Source of the DNA: Longimicrobiales bacterium
GTDB lineage: Bacteria; Gemmatimonadota; Gemmatimonadetes; Longimicrobiales; Gaopeijiaceae
Length of the DNA: 64,000 nt
Direction of reading: 5' to 3'
Assembly: GCA_965202805.1 (NCBI GenBank)
Contig: OZ241869.1
Location: 256,001-320,000 of the forward strand
Part shown: positions 37,978 to 47,489 of the stretch, in pieces
Layout of the letters: every line of letters starts with the position of its first letter
Position numbering within the stretch: the first letter of the stretch is position 1
The notes under the pieces: model-generated
Seen by the model: the letters and a program-made list of their open reading frames with translations, nothing else
What the model was told of the DNA's origin: nothing
Database searches by the model: none
Position numbers and translations under genes: made by a program

Positions 37978-40900
37978 ATGTTTCGCATGAGATGGATCAA
38001 CCTGACGTTCCTTTCGGCAACGATCATCAGCACCATGCCGGCAAGCGCCCAGAGCGTCGCCCCGGAGCACTTCGCCGTTATGCAGGCGCGTCCCATCGGG
38101 CCCGCGGGGATGAGCGGACGCGTGTCCGACGTAGAGGTGGTGCTCTCGAACCGGAACGTCATCTTCGTCGGCTCCGCCAGCGGAGGGGTGTGGAAGTCCG
38201 ACGACGGGGGCCACGTCTGGCGTCCCGTCTTCGACGACCAGCCCGTGGGCAGCATCGGGGCCGTGGCCGTCTTCCAGCCCAACCCGGAGATCGTCTGGGC
38301 GGGCACCGGGGAAGGGAATCCGCGCAACAGCGCCGGGGTCGGCAACGGCATCTACAAGAGCGGCGACGGCGGCGAGAGCTGGGCCCACATGGGGCTCGAG
38401 GACTCGGGGAAGATCCATCGCGTGCTCACGCACCCGTCCGATCCCGACATCGTGTATGTCGCGGCGCTCGGGCCCACGTGGCGCACGGGCGGGGAGCGTG
38501 GGGTCTACCGCACGCGCGACGGGGGCGAGACCTGGGAGGCGGTCCTCGAGTCGAACGAGCGCAGCGGCGCGGGCGAGCTGATCATGGATCCGGTCAACCC
38601 GGACAAGCTCTTCGCGGCGCTCTGGGAGCATCAGCGCTGGCCCTGGGCCTTCGAGTCGGGAGGGCCCGGAAGCGGGCTCCATGTCACCCGCGACGGGGGC
38701 GACACTTGGACGCAGCTCACTGCGGAGGACGGGTTGCCGTCCGGGAACCTCGGCCGCATGGGGCTCGCGATCCCCACGGAGCATCCCTCGGTGGTGTACG
38801 CGCTGGTGGAGGCCGAGCGGAGCGAGCTGCTGCGCTCCGACGACGGCGGCCGCAGCTGGAGGACCATCTCCGACGCGCCCGGGGTGGCGCCCCGGCCCTT
38901 CTACTACGCGGACCTGCGCGCCCACCCGTCCAACGAGAACCGCATCTATTCGCTCCACGGAGCCGTGACGATGTCCGAGGACGCGGGCCGCACCTTCACC
39001 ACCGTGGTGCCCAGCGCCATCATCCACGGCGACATCCACGAGCTCTGGATCGACCCCGACGACCCGAGCCGGATGATCCTGGGCAACGACGGCGGCATCG
39101 CCTTCACGTATGACCGCGGGAGGAATTGGCGCTTCGTCGAGAACCTGCCGCTCGCCCAGTTCTACCACATCGAGGTCGACGACGAGATCCCGTTCAACGT
39201 CTACGGCGGCCTCCAGGACAACGGTTCCTGGTGGGGACCGTCGGACGTCTGGGGCGGGCGCGGGGTCATGAACGCGCACTGGCACCGGGTGGTGAGCGGG
39301 GACGGCTTCGTGGGGGCGCCGGATCCGAGCGATCCCCGTTACGGCTACTCGTCGTCGCAGCGCGGCAACCTCCAGCGCTTCGACAGGGTCACCGGCCAGC
39401 GCAAGGCCATCCGTCCCGCGCATCCCGAGGGCGAGACGCTCCGCTTCCACTGGAACGCGGCCTTCGCCACCGACCCCTTCGACTCGACCACCATCTACAT
39501 CGGCAGCCAGTTCGTGCACCGGAGCCGGGACCGGGGCTCGAGCTGGGAGATCATCTCGGGCGACCTGACCACCAACGACCCGTCCAAGCAGCAGGCCCAC
39601 CTGAGCGGCGGCCTCACCATCGACGCGTCGGGGGCCGAGGAACACACGACCCTCCTGACCATCGCGCCCAGCGCGCTGGAGGAGGGGCTGATCTGGGTGG
39701 GGAGCGACGACGGCCGCGTGCACGTGACCCGCGACGGCGGCGGTTCGTGGACCAGCCTCGAGGCCAACGTGCCGGGCGTGCCCGAGGCCACCTGGATCCC
39801 GCACATCGAGCCCGGCAAGCACGATCCCGCCACCGCCTACATGGTCTACGACGACCATCGCCGCGGCAACTGGACGCCCTACGTCTACCGCACCGGGGAC
39901 TACGGGGCATCGTGGCAGTCGATCGCGAGCGACGACATCTTCGGCTTCGTACACGTCATCGAGGAGGACCCGGAGGAGCCCAACCTGCTCTTCACGGGGA
40001 CGGAGTTCGGGCTGTACGTGAGCCTCGACCGCGGCGCGAGCTGGTGGAAGCACCCCGGCGTGCCTCCCACCCCGGTGCGCGACATCGTGGTGCATCCGCG
40101 CGACGGCGACCTGGCGCTGGGCACGCACGGGCGCGCGGCGCTGGTGGTCGACGACGTGCGTCCCCTGCGGGCGCTGGCGGCCGATCCCGCGGTGGCGGCG
40201 CGGCCGGTGGAGGTGATGCCGGTCGCCCCGGTGCGCCAGCACACCCAGTCGGAGGGGATGGGGCTCACGGGATACCGTTCGGTCGGCCACACCATGTTCA
40301 TCGGGCCCAGGCGGCCGTACGGCGCCCTGATCCACTACTGGCTGGCGCCGGGCGAGATGGTGGCGGGCGCCGAGGTGCAGATCGCCGACGGCGGCGGGGC
40401 GGTGGTGCGGACCCTCATGGGCACGACCGACCCCGGCCTCAACCGGGTGGTGTGGGACCTGCGCGACGAGACCGGAGGCGGCGGCATCGAGGTGATGCCG
40501 GGCACCTACTCGGTGCGGGTCAACGCCGGCCCCGGTTCGGGCGCGCAGACGCTCGAGGTGCTCCCCGACCACCGCTTCCCGTACGATCCGGACGCGCGCG
40601 CGGCCAAGATCGCGGCGCGCAGGGAGGTCGTCGGCTGGATCACCACCGCGAACGAGGCGCAGGACCGCCTGGAGCGCGCCCTCGACGGGCTGGACGTGGT
40701 GCTCGCCACCCTGGCGGACGACGACGCCCTGAGCAGCGAGGGCCGCACCGTGTCCGAGGTCGTGCGCGGGCTGCTGGAGCTCCACTTCACCGGCCCCGAG
40801 TGCCAAGGCGGATGCGGCGGTCAGGCGACGGTGCGCCACGTGCAGGCCGCCGCCGGCCCGCTCGCCAGCTCCTGGGACCTTCCCACCCCCAACGAGCGTC

Positions 40901-41052
40901 AGGCGATGAACAACGCCCTGACCGCGCTGGAGACCATCCTCGACGACGTCAACGCCGTATTCCAGGGCGACGTGGCGCGCTTCCGCCAGCGGCTGGAGGC
41001 GGTCGGGTTCACGCTGTTCCCGCCTGAGGGGCCGCTGAGGCTGATGCGGTAG
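37978..41052 (+). CDS. VPS10/BNR (Asp-box) repeat beta-propeller glycosyl hydrolase-like secreted protein
   Basis: IGPAGMSGR, repeated SxDGGxxW Asp-boxes, GGLQDNGSW, GTHGR, C-terminal helical region. Confidence 0.9.
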   Translation: MFRMRWINLTFLSATIISTMPASAQSVAPEHFAVMQARPIGPAGMSGRVSDVEVVLSNRNVIFVGSASGGVWKSDDGGHVWRPVFDDQPVGSIGAVAVFQPNPEIVWAGTGEGNPRNSAGVGNGIYKSGDGGESWAHMGLEDSGKIHRVLTHPSDPDIVYVAALGPTWRTGGERGVYRTRDGGETWEAVLESNERSGAGELIMDPVNPDKLFAALWEHQRWPWAFESGGPGSGLHVTRDGGDTWTQLTAEDGLPSGNLGRMGLAIPTEHPSVVYALVEAERSELLRSDDGGRSWRTISDAPGVAPRPFYYADLRAHPSNENRIYSLHGAVTMSEDAGRTFTTVVPSAIIHGDIHELWIDPDDPSRMILGNDGGIAFTYDRGRNWRFVENLPLAQFYHIEVDDEIPFNVYGGLQDNGSWWGPSDVWGGRGVMNAHWHRVVSGDGFVGAPDPSDPRYGYSSSQRGNLQRFDRVTGQRKAIRPAHPEGETLRFHWNAAFATDPFDSTTIYIGSQFVHRSRDRGSSWEIISGDLTTNDPSKQQAHLSGGLTIDASGAEEHTTLLTIAPSALEEGLIWVGSDDGRVHVTRDGGGSWTSLEANVPGVPEATWIPHIEPGKHDPATAYMVYDDHRRGNWTPYVYRTGDYGASWQSIASDDIFGFVHVIEEDPEEPNLLFTGTEFGLYVSLDRGASWWKHPGVPPTPVRDIVVHPRDGDLALGTHGRAALVVDDVRPLRALAADPAVAARPVEVMPVAPVRQHTQSEGMGLTGYRSVGHTMFIGPRRPYGALIHYWLAPGEMVAGAEVQIADGGGAVVRTLMGTTDPGLNRVVWDLRDETGGGGIEVMPGTYSVRVNAGPGSGAQTLEVLPDHRFPYDPDARAAKIAARREVVGWITTANEAQDRLERALDGLDVVLATLADDDALSSEGRTVSEVVRGLLELHFTGPECQGGCGGQATVRHVQAAAGPLASSWDLPTPNERQAMNNALTALETILDDVNAVFQGDVARFRQRLEAVGFTLFPPEGPLRLMR

Positions 41053-41170
41053 GGGGGGAGGGGGCAGGGAGCCAATGCGCAACGACAGGTAGACACAGGG
41101 AAAAGACAACGCTACGGCAGCACGGTTTGCCTATCTTTCGCTCCGCGTCCAAGGCAAACTGAGACGCGAG

Positions 41171-41212
41171 AGAGGAAATTCCTCTTGACGGAGCAGGAGG
41201 GCGGCCCATTAT
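41171..41212 (+). promoter_or_regulatory. Palindrome overlapping a putative promoter of the AraC-like gene
   Basis: AGAGGAA-A-TTCCTCT dyad overlapping TTGACG (41185-41190), with CATTAT 16 nt downstream. Confidence 0.45.
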
Positions 41213-41259
41213 CGGCTAAATCCTGCTCTGGCTTCGCGAACCAGTCCTAGCGAGATGTC

Positions 41260-41832
41260 GTGAGTGATCGTAGCGTTCTCACGGAGGGAGTATCGTGCCA
41301 AGAAGACGTTGAGTCCTATCTGCGCGCCTGTCCCGGACCCGCTCTGGCTGAGAAAGGTCTTCGCTTGGCAGCTTATCAGCGAGTCACAGGAATCCCCTGG
41401 CTGCAACCGCCCGCCCTCTCACGCGATGGGAACGACAGAAACGTCAGGCTGCGGGGAAGTGCCGGACGATACCTACGGTCCATCTCGGATGTCGCCACCA
41501 GGCTTCACTGTCAGCCCCGCTATCTGTCGGATGCCGCGTTGCGACGCGGCTACTCCTACTCGAGGGCTTTGCGATGGCTGCGATTCTTCCACGGTTTGTG
41601 TTTGAGAGATGCCCAGACTCCCGTGCTCGACATGGTGTGGTCGCTCGGGTTCAGCGACCCTGCCGGTTGGACCCGCTTTACGAAGGCGTTGGTCGGCAAG
41701 ACTCCCCGCCAGATTCCCAGGGCGCCGATGGAGTTCTGGGCCAGAATGGCCATCGAGGATGTCTACTTGGCTAGGAGAATCCGGATCGGTAGAGACCAGA
41801 GAGAGCGCCAATTCATGGGAGACGACAAGTAG
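41260..41832 (+). CDS. AraC/XylS-type HTH regulator (short)
   Basis: SISDVATRLHCQPRYLS and LGFSDPAGWTRFTKALVGKTP match the two AraC HTH signatures. Confidence 0.7.
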   Translation: MSDRSVLTEGVSCQEDVESYLRACPGPALAEKGLRLAAYQRVTGIPWLQPPALSRDGNDRNVRLRGSAGRYLRSISDVATRLHCQPRYLSDAALRRGYSYSRALRWLRFFHGLCLRDAQTPVLDMVWSLGFSDPAGWTRFTKALVGKTPRQIPRAPMEFWARMAIEDVYLARRIRIGRDQRERQFMGDDK

Positions 41833-42039
41833 TCAGGAAGGTGGCGACGCGCGAGATTCGAGCGAGGTGGGGTGCATTAGCCCCGCCTACTCACTGCAGA
41901 AAACCGGTTGGACCTCCCAATTCAAGCGGGGGCCCGCGGCTGGTAGCGTATCAGCGCATTGCGGGAATGCCCGGCCTAGACTGTCTGCCGGTGGCGGGTC
42001 GCATCTGATCGGGCAAGCGATTGCCACGCTTACTGGCCG

Positions 42040-42310
42040 TTGACCGCGAGGGTTGCCGCGCGGGTGTGCTGCTCGCCCACCTACCTGTCGGATGTCGCGC
42101 TGCGACTGACTATTCCAGCTCGAGTGCGCTTCGGTGGCTGCGGTTCCTCCGCAAGGTTGGCACCGCCGAACGCTGACCCTTTCAGTGCTTTACGGGCTAC
42201 GGTCACCTGGGTTCACCGATTACGCTGGCCGGAGCCGTTTGACCAGGGCTGCTGATCGGGAAGGGCCAACTCATGGGTGACGACAAGTATTCACGGCAAG
42301 ATGACAACGC
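42040..42310 (+). pseudogene. Frameshifted duplicate of the AraC-like gene
   Basis: VAARVCCSPTYLSDVALR, ALRWLRFL, LGFTDYAG and QLMGDDK appear in shifting frames, colinear with 41260-41832. Confidence 0.7.
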
Positions 42311-42444
42311 GGCGGGGTGCGAGTGTGAATTATCATTGAGAGGTAGGCACGCTGTCCGGCGTTTCAGCCGTAGTCCGTAAGGCTTCCTGTTCGCCGGCAT
42401 AATGAGTCGCGGTTTATCATTCACTTCTATGCTGAGAGGCACCG

Positions 42445-42768
42445 ATGCGCTACTTCTTCTCACCTCGCTTTCTACTCCCCGTGATGCTGCTCGCAGCCGG
42501 GCTCGGCACGATCCCGTTCCTGACGAAGGGGGTCCGGGCGCAAGCCAGTTGCGCGAACTACATTACGTCGCAGCAAGGCGACCAACCCTTCGATGGTGTG
42601 TTGCAAGGCAGCAGCCTGGTTACGGAGGAAATCGGAGGGTCCATCGGCCTTGACGGAACGAGCATCTCTGGTGGCAAAACGGTGAGTTACGAAGTCGGAA
42701 CATACCGAGACTATTCGACCGGCGAGACGGTCACCGTCCGGTGCGACACGTACGCGGAAAACGGGTGA
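42445..42768 (+). CDS. Small secreted protein with two cysteines
   Basis: RBS GAGAGG; signal peptide ending VRA-Q; Cys36 and Cys100; TGATG overlap with the next gene. Confidence 0.75.
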   Translation: MRYFFSPRFLLPVMLLAAGLGTIPFLTKGVRAQASCANYITSQQGDQPFDGVLQGSSLVTEEIGGSIGLDGTSISGGKTVSYEVGTYRDYSTGETVTVRCDTYAENG

Positions 42769-43820
42769 TGGTCCGTCAGCGGGCGCGAGTTCGCGTTGCA
42801 GCTCTCGTGGCTGCGGTAGCCGCTACGCTCTGCCTTGGCGGCTGCGACGACGTTCCCCATGCGCTGCCAGGAAGCGGCACCTTGTCCTTCACCGTCAGCG
42901 GTCCCGGCTACGTCGTGGGACCCGTCCTGTTCCAGACCGCAGACGCGGAGTTGTTCGGCGCGGACGACATCGTCGGAACCGGCGCAGGCTATCTGCTTAC
43001 CGATTCGCGTAACGACCGTCTAATGATCTACGATCGACAGCTCGCGCTTGTGCACCAAGTAGGCCAGACGGGCAGCGGCCCGGGGGAGTATCAGTTCCCC
43101 ACGGCCCTGGCGAGCGGAGGAGACCGGGTCGCGGTATTGGACCAGAATCTGGCTCGCGTATCCTACCTGACGCCAACAGGTGAGTTCATGTCGAGCCAGC
43201 AGGTGCGCAACAACCCATCAGATCTCGCGCTACACCCGAGACTCGGGCTTCTCGTTGTGGAGAACGCATCGCCCGTGCATTATCTCAACCGCTATGACGT
43301 TGGAGAACCTAACGTGTTCGGCGAAATGCCGACTTGGCTTGCGGGCGATTCAGAGGGCGCGTTTCGCCTGCGTCAGGATCTGGTCGCGGTCACACCCGAC
43401 GGCTCCGTTCACGTGCTGGACAGCCGGCAACTGGTGTTGGTCAGCTACGCCGAGAGCGGGGCTTTCGACCAAGCGGCCTTCCTTCCTGAACAGATGCGGA
43501 AGGGAGTCATCGATCGGCGTAACGGCCTTGTCGGTGAATTCGGCGGTCCAGGTCGGGTGTTCGGATATCAGGCGGCTTCACAGCTCCAGCCTCTGCCCGA
43601 CGGCCGGCTGTTCGTGCGCATCACATGGGGTCGGGTGATCGGATACGTACTCGACCCGGGAAGCCTGGAGGCGGAGCCAGTCGTGGTTCCGGCTGGCCGC
43701 GGGCTCGACTGGATGAGCGGCAGCAGCGTGTACCTTGAAGGGGAACGGCAACTGCGCATCTTCGCGGCACTCGATGAGGAAATGGCGATCGCCCCTCTTG
43801 TGTCTGCCCAGGAGAGCTGA
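42768..43820 (+). CDS. 6-bladed beta-propeller (NHL/TolB-like) lipoprotein
   Basis: Lipobox LGGC; VGQTGSGPGEYQFP signature; repeated beta blades. Confidence 0.8.
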   Translation: MVRQRARVRVAALVAAVAATLCLGGCDDVPHALPGSGTLSFTVSGPGYVVGPVLFQTADAELFGADDIVGTGAGYLLTDSRNDRLMIYDRQLALVHQVGQTGSGPGEYQFPTALASGGDRVAVLDQNLARVSYLTPTGEFMSSQQVRNNPSDLALHPRLGLLVVENASPVHYLNRYDVGEPNVFGEMPTWLAGDSEGAFRLRQDLVAVTPDGSVHVLDSRQLVLVSYAESGAFDQAAFLPEQMRKGVIDRRNGLVGEFGGPGRVFGYQAASQLQPLPDGRLFVRITWGRVIGYVLDPGSLEAEPVVVPAGRGLDWMSGSSVYLEGERQLRIFAALDEEMAIAPLVSAQES

Positions 43821-44024
43821 CGCCGGTTGGAGTCGCTTCATGGGAGATGCTCGAAAACGGGTTTTCCCGGTGGGCAGCGCTTAATTGCGAGCCCCCGGGG
43901 AGTTCCGCAGCCCCCGTTTGTTGAACGCGGACAACCAGGATCGCCTGTGGGTCGCCAACCACGCGTGACCGGGACGCGTTTTCCTACTTCGATGTGTGGA
44001 TCGGCGCGGATTACGCCGGCACCG

Positions 44025-44780
44025 TCAGCATTCGCGAGCGCCTTCTGGGATTTGACCTTCTCGGTTCGACGTTGGTGGCCCTGGTGGAGCGACGCCCCGG
44101 TCCGGATGGAATCGCGTTGCGAGCGATCGACTGGTATCAGATCGACGGGCTGCAGTTGGGGAGTTGACACCGTCCCCTCCCGGACACTCCGGCACTCTGG
44201 ACACGCTTCGCGGCACCATCCCCATCACCCGGCCTCGGCGGTCCATCTCGAACTCACAGCAGGCGAGCAGCCGCCGTTTCAGTTCCGCGCGTGCCCGCTG
44301 GACACGCGATTTCATGCCCGAGACGCTGAGCCCGAGGCGGCGGGCAGCCTCTGCCTGGCTGAGGCCCTGGAACGAGGTCAGGAGCAGGGCTTCCGCCTGT
44401 TGCGGCGATAGATCAAGGATGAATGGCATCAGGCACGCCTCGATTCGCCGCCGCTCCGCTTTCCGCTCCTTCGCATCCGCGGCCGGAGCCGGGGATGTGG
44501 CTTCAGCTTGAGCCCGTGCCAGGGCCCGTGACTCGACGGCGCGCCGCCGGTAGTGATCCGTGATTGTGTTGGCGGCGACCCGGTAGGCCCAGGCGAGCGG
44601 GTTGCGGGCCTGTTCCAGACGCTCCTTTTTCTCGAGCAGCCGCAGCAGGATGTCGCCGGTCACGTCGTCGGTCCAGGCGGGGTCGACGCGGCTGGCCACG
44701 TAGCCGCGCAGCCGACTCTGGAACTCGGACCAGCGCAGTCCCTCGTCGCCATCGCCTGCCGCGGTCGACCGACGGTTCAT
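44025..44780 (-). CDS. sigZ: ECF sigma factor, SigZ-like
   Basis: LRGYVASRV, AWAYRVAANTITDHYR, GLSQAEAARRLGLSVSGMKSRVQRAR and the SigZ-type CCEFEMDRRG tail. Confidence 0.8.
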   Translation of the reverse strand: MNRRSTAAGDGDEGLRWSEFQSRLRGYVASRVDPAWTDDVTGDILLRLLEKKERLEQARNPLAWAYRVAANTITDHYRRRAVESRALARAQAEATSPAPAADAKERKAERRRIEACLMPFILDLSPQQAEALLLTSFQGLSQAEAARRLGLSVSGMKSRVQRARAELKRRLLACCEFEMDRRGRVMGMVPRSVSRVPECPGGDGVNSPTAARRSDTSRSLATRFHPDRGVAPPGPPTSNREGQIPEGAREC

Positions 44781-44811
44781 GCCGTGGGGTCGGCCACCTT
44801 GGCGCTGGCTG

Positions 44812-45282
44812 TCAGGCGTCACAGCATGCCGGCGCGGAGACTTCGGCCGAGGCGCCAGTCGCGGCAATGGCCGCCTCCGCGGCCGGCCCGTCGCAGCAAG
44901 CCTGGGCCGAGACGACTTCCGGGGCATCGTCGGTGATCACGTACCATTCCCAGCGCAGTCCCTGAGGTTCGTCGGACCAGACCTTCGTCTGCTCGGCGTG
45001 ACAGCAGACAGCCTGCTCCTCGCGCTCGGTGAGGATGTCGGCCGCTTCCAGCCGGGCCCCCGCCTCCCGCACATGGGCTTTGTCGAACACCTCTACGCCG
45101 AGATGGTTGATGCGCTCCCGCGCGTCGGGGTTCTCGAAGAGCACGAGCTTCAGCGGCGGCTTGTCGAGGGCGAAGTTGGCGTATCCGGGACGGCGCTTAT
45201 GGGGCAGGGCGCCGAAGAGCCTGCCGTAGTAGTCGACGGCTTCGTCGATGTCGCGCACGTTGAGGGCGAGCTGGATTCGCAT
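44812..45282 (-). CDS. ArsI/CadI family VOC metalloenzyme
   Basis: MRIQLALNV, PGYANF, PPLKLVL, NHLGVEV, vicinal CC in CCHAEQTKVW, WEWY; extra C-terminal CC pairs. Confidence 0.88.
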   Translation of the reverse strand: MRIQLALNVRDIDEAVDYYGRLFGALPHKRRPGYANFALDKPPLKLVLFENPDARERINHLGVEVFDKAHVREAGARLEAADILTEREEQAVCCHAEQTKVWSDEPQGLRWEWYVITDDAPEVVSAQACCDGPAAEAAIAATGASAEVSAPACCDA

Positions 45283-45360
45283 GGTGCGTTCTCCCTGGGG
45301 ATCGTGTCGGCGATGGCGCCGCGCGGTGCCGCGCCCGTTCGCCGGTTGGCTTCTGACTGA

Positions 45361-45390
45361 ATAGACGCACGAGCCGGCGAAAGGACGCAA
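45361..45390 (-). promoter_or_regulatory. Candidate ECF promoter TGCGTC-N16-CGTCTA
   Basis: Minus strand TTGCGTCC-TTTCGCCGGCTCG-TGCGTCTAT, about 80 nt upstream of the ArsI/CadI start. Confidence 0.5.
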
Positions 45391-45550
45391 CCGGCCAGGG
45401 GAAACCCCGGCGGACGACACCGGGCGGCCGACACTCCGTGGCGGAAGGCAGCGCATCGCGGTAGGCTTGGGAGTCGTCAGAGAACCTGGACGCGGGATCG
45501 GCGCAACCAGATCCCCGGGTTCCTCGCCACATCTCCGCAAGCGACTCCGC

Positions 45551-46903
45551 ATGGCCCGAATCTCCCGCCGCGCCTGGAGCACCCTCGCCCTGCTGGCGGT
45601 GGCCGAGCTCATGGGGATGTCGCTCTGGTTCACCGCCAGCGCGCTGTCGCCGGAGCTGGCCACGCAGTGGGGGCTGAGCGAGGCGCAAGCGGGGTGGCTG
45701 ACCACGGTCGTGCAACTGGGGTTCGTGGCGGGGACGGCGGTCGCGGCCTTCCTCAACCTCGCGGACATCTTCCCGGCGGCGCGCTACTTCTGCGTTTCGG
45801 CGCTGCTGGGGGCGGGTGTGAACGCGGCGGTGCTGGTCGCCCCGGACTACGGCTCGGCGCTGGTCCTGCGCTTCCTCACGGGCTTCTTCCTGGCCGGGGT
45901 CTATCCGCCGGCGATGAAGATGATCGCGACCTGGTTCCGGGACGCGCGCGGCTTCGCCATCGGCACGATCGTGGGGGCGCTCACGGTGGGTAAGGCGGTT
46001 CCGTATCTGCTGACGTCGGTCGAGGGTGGGGGCGCGGCGCTCGTCCTCGCGGGCGCGTCGCTGGCCTGCGCGGCGAGCGGACTGCTGGTGTTGGCCACGT
46101 ATCGTGACGGGCCCTACGGCTTCGAGCGCCGTCCCTTCTCGTGGCGGCTCGCCGGGGTGGTGCTGCGCCACCGCGAGACCCGGCTCGCCATCGCTGGCTA
46201 CCTGGGGCACATGTGGGAGCTCTACCCGATGTGGGCGACGATCACGCTCTTCTTCGGGGATTACTTCGCGGGCGGCGGTCTTGCCGGCGGAGGCGGGGGT
46301 GGCCTCATCGGCGGGGGTGGAGATGCGCTTCCCGGCGCGGGCGGGGTCATTTCGACCGGCACGGTCGGGGTCGTTCCCGCCGGCACGGTCGCGGGCAGCG
46401 CAGTCGCCGCGGACGCCGGTGGACTCTCCGCCGCGGCCCTCGCGGGGGTTGCCGGGTTCGGCGCGATCGCGATCGGCGGGGCGGGAGCGGTGTTGGCGGG
46501 CACCTGGGCCGACCGCCTCGGCCGCGAGCGCGTGACGATCTGGTCGATGGCGGTGAGCGGGGCGTGCGCGGCCGTGATGGGCTGGCTGCTCGCCGCTCCG
46601 CTCTGGCTGGTGGTGGTGGTCGCGGGGGTGTGGGGGTTTGCGGTGGTCGCCGACAGTGCACAGTTCAGCGCGGTGGTCACCGAGGTGGCGCCCCGGCACG
46701 CGGTCGGCACCGCCCTCACCCTCCAGACCTCGCTCGGCTTCCTGCTCACCGCCGCCACGATCTGGATGACCGTCGAACTCGAGATCCGCTTCGGCTGGCG
46801 CGTCGCCTTCGGCGTCCTGGCGCTGGGCCCGTGGGCCGGTATCCTGGCGATGCGCCGACTGCAGCGGCTGCGGCGGTTGCGCGCGGATGCGCCGCCGCCG
46901 TGA
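45551..46903 (+). CDS. MFS transporter with Gly-rich loop insertion
   Basis: SLWF, GYLGHMWELY, GTWADRLGR, VADSAQFS motifs; about 12 TM segments. Confidence 0.9.
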   Translation: MARISRRAWSTLALLAVAELMGMSLWFTASALSPELATQWGLSEAQAGWLTTVVQLGFVAGTAVAAFLNLADIFPAARYFCVSALLGAGVNAAVLVAPDYGSALVLRFLTGFFLAGVYPPAMKMIATWFRDARGFAIGTIVGALTVGKAVPYLLTSVEGGGAALVLAGASLACAASGLLVLATYRDGPYGFERRPFSWRLAGVVLRHRETRLAIAGYLGHMWELYPMWATITLFFGDYFAGGGLAGGGGGGLIGGGGDALPGAGGVISTGTVGVVPAGTVAGSAVAADAGGLSAAALAGVAGFGAIAIGGAGAVLAGTWADRLGRERVTIWSMAVSGACAAVMGWLLAAPLWLVVVVAGVWGFAVVADSAQFSAVVTEVAPRHAVGTALTLQTSLGFLLTAATIWMTVELEIRFGWRVAFGVLALGPWAGILAMRRLQRLRRLRADAPPP

Positions 46904-47060
46904 TGGCGTCCGTCGGGCACTTCGGCGCACCTGCAGGGGCTCATCGTCATTGCGGTGTCATCCATGTCCGCGAACATCATCCAAATCGCCAAGCGCTCCA
47001 CGTGACCCGGCCCGGCTGGGCGCCATCGTCGTGGGCACGCACCTGCACACGGAGAACGCA

Positions 47061-47489
47061 ATGAAGAATCCCCCCGAAGGCTGGCCCAGAATCACGCCCG
47101 CCGTGTTCTACGACGACGCCGCAGCCGCGATCGACTGGCTGACCCGCGCCTTCGGATTCACGGTTCGCGTACGCGTCGAGAACGAGGAAGGACAGATCGT
47201 CCACTCGCAGCTAGCCATGAACGGCGGCCTCATCATGGTCGGGCAGGCGGGCCTGACGCCCGGCCGCACGTATCCCCGATCTCCGCAGGCCGCCGGGGGA
47301 GCCAACACGCAGGCGCTGTGCGTCTTTGTGGACGATGTCGACGCCCACTGCGAGCACGCTCGCGAGGCGGGCGCCACAATCACGACCGAGCCGGCGACCC
47401 AGGACTACGGCGAGGGCTACTGGACGGAACGCACCTGCGAGGCCCGCGACCCCGAGGGGCATCACTGGTGGTTCCTGCAGCGACTGTGA
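47061..47489 (+). CDS. VOC/glyoxalase family protein
   Basis: YDDAAAAIDWLTRAFGF, VDDVDAHC..AREAGA, RDPEGHHW; RBS GGAGA. Confidence 0.88.
   Translation: MKNPPEGWPRITPAVFYDDAAAAIDWLTRAFGFTVRVRVENEEGQIVHSQLAMNGGLIMVGQAGLTPGRTYPRSPQAAGGANTQALCVFVDDVDAHCEHAREAGATITTEPATQDYGEGYWTERTCEARDPEGHHWWFLQRL

Noticed and set aside
37930..41109. 1059-aa minus-strand ORF, and similar long antisense or alternate-frame ORFs (for example 54591-57509, 4978-7176, 10640-12424)
   Set aside because: Shadow ORFs of genuine high-GC genes; Arg/Pro/Gly-rich with no family motifs.
41053..44024. Integrative element or prophage boundaries around the AT-richer islet
   Set aside because: No integrase, transposase, tRNA or flanking direct repeats could be identified.
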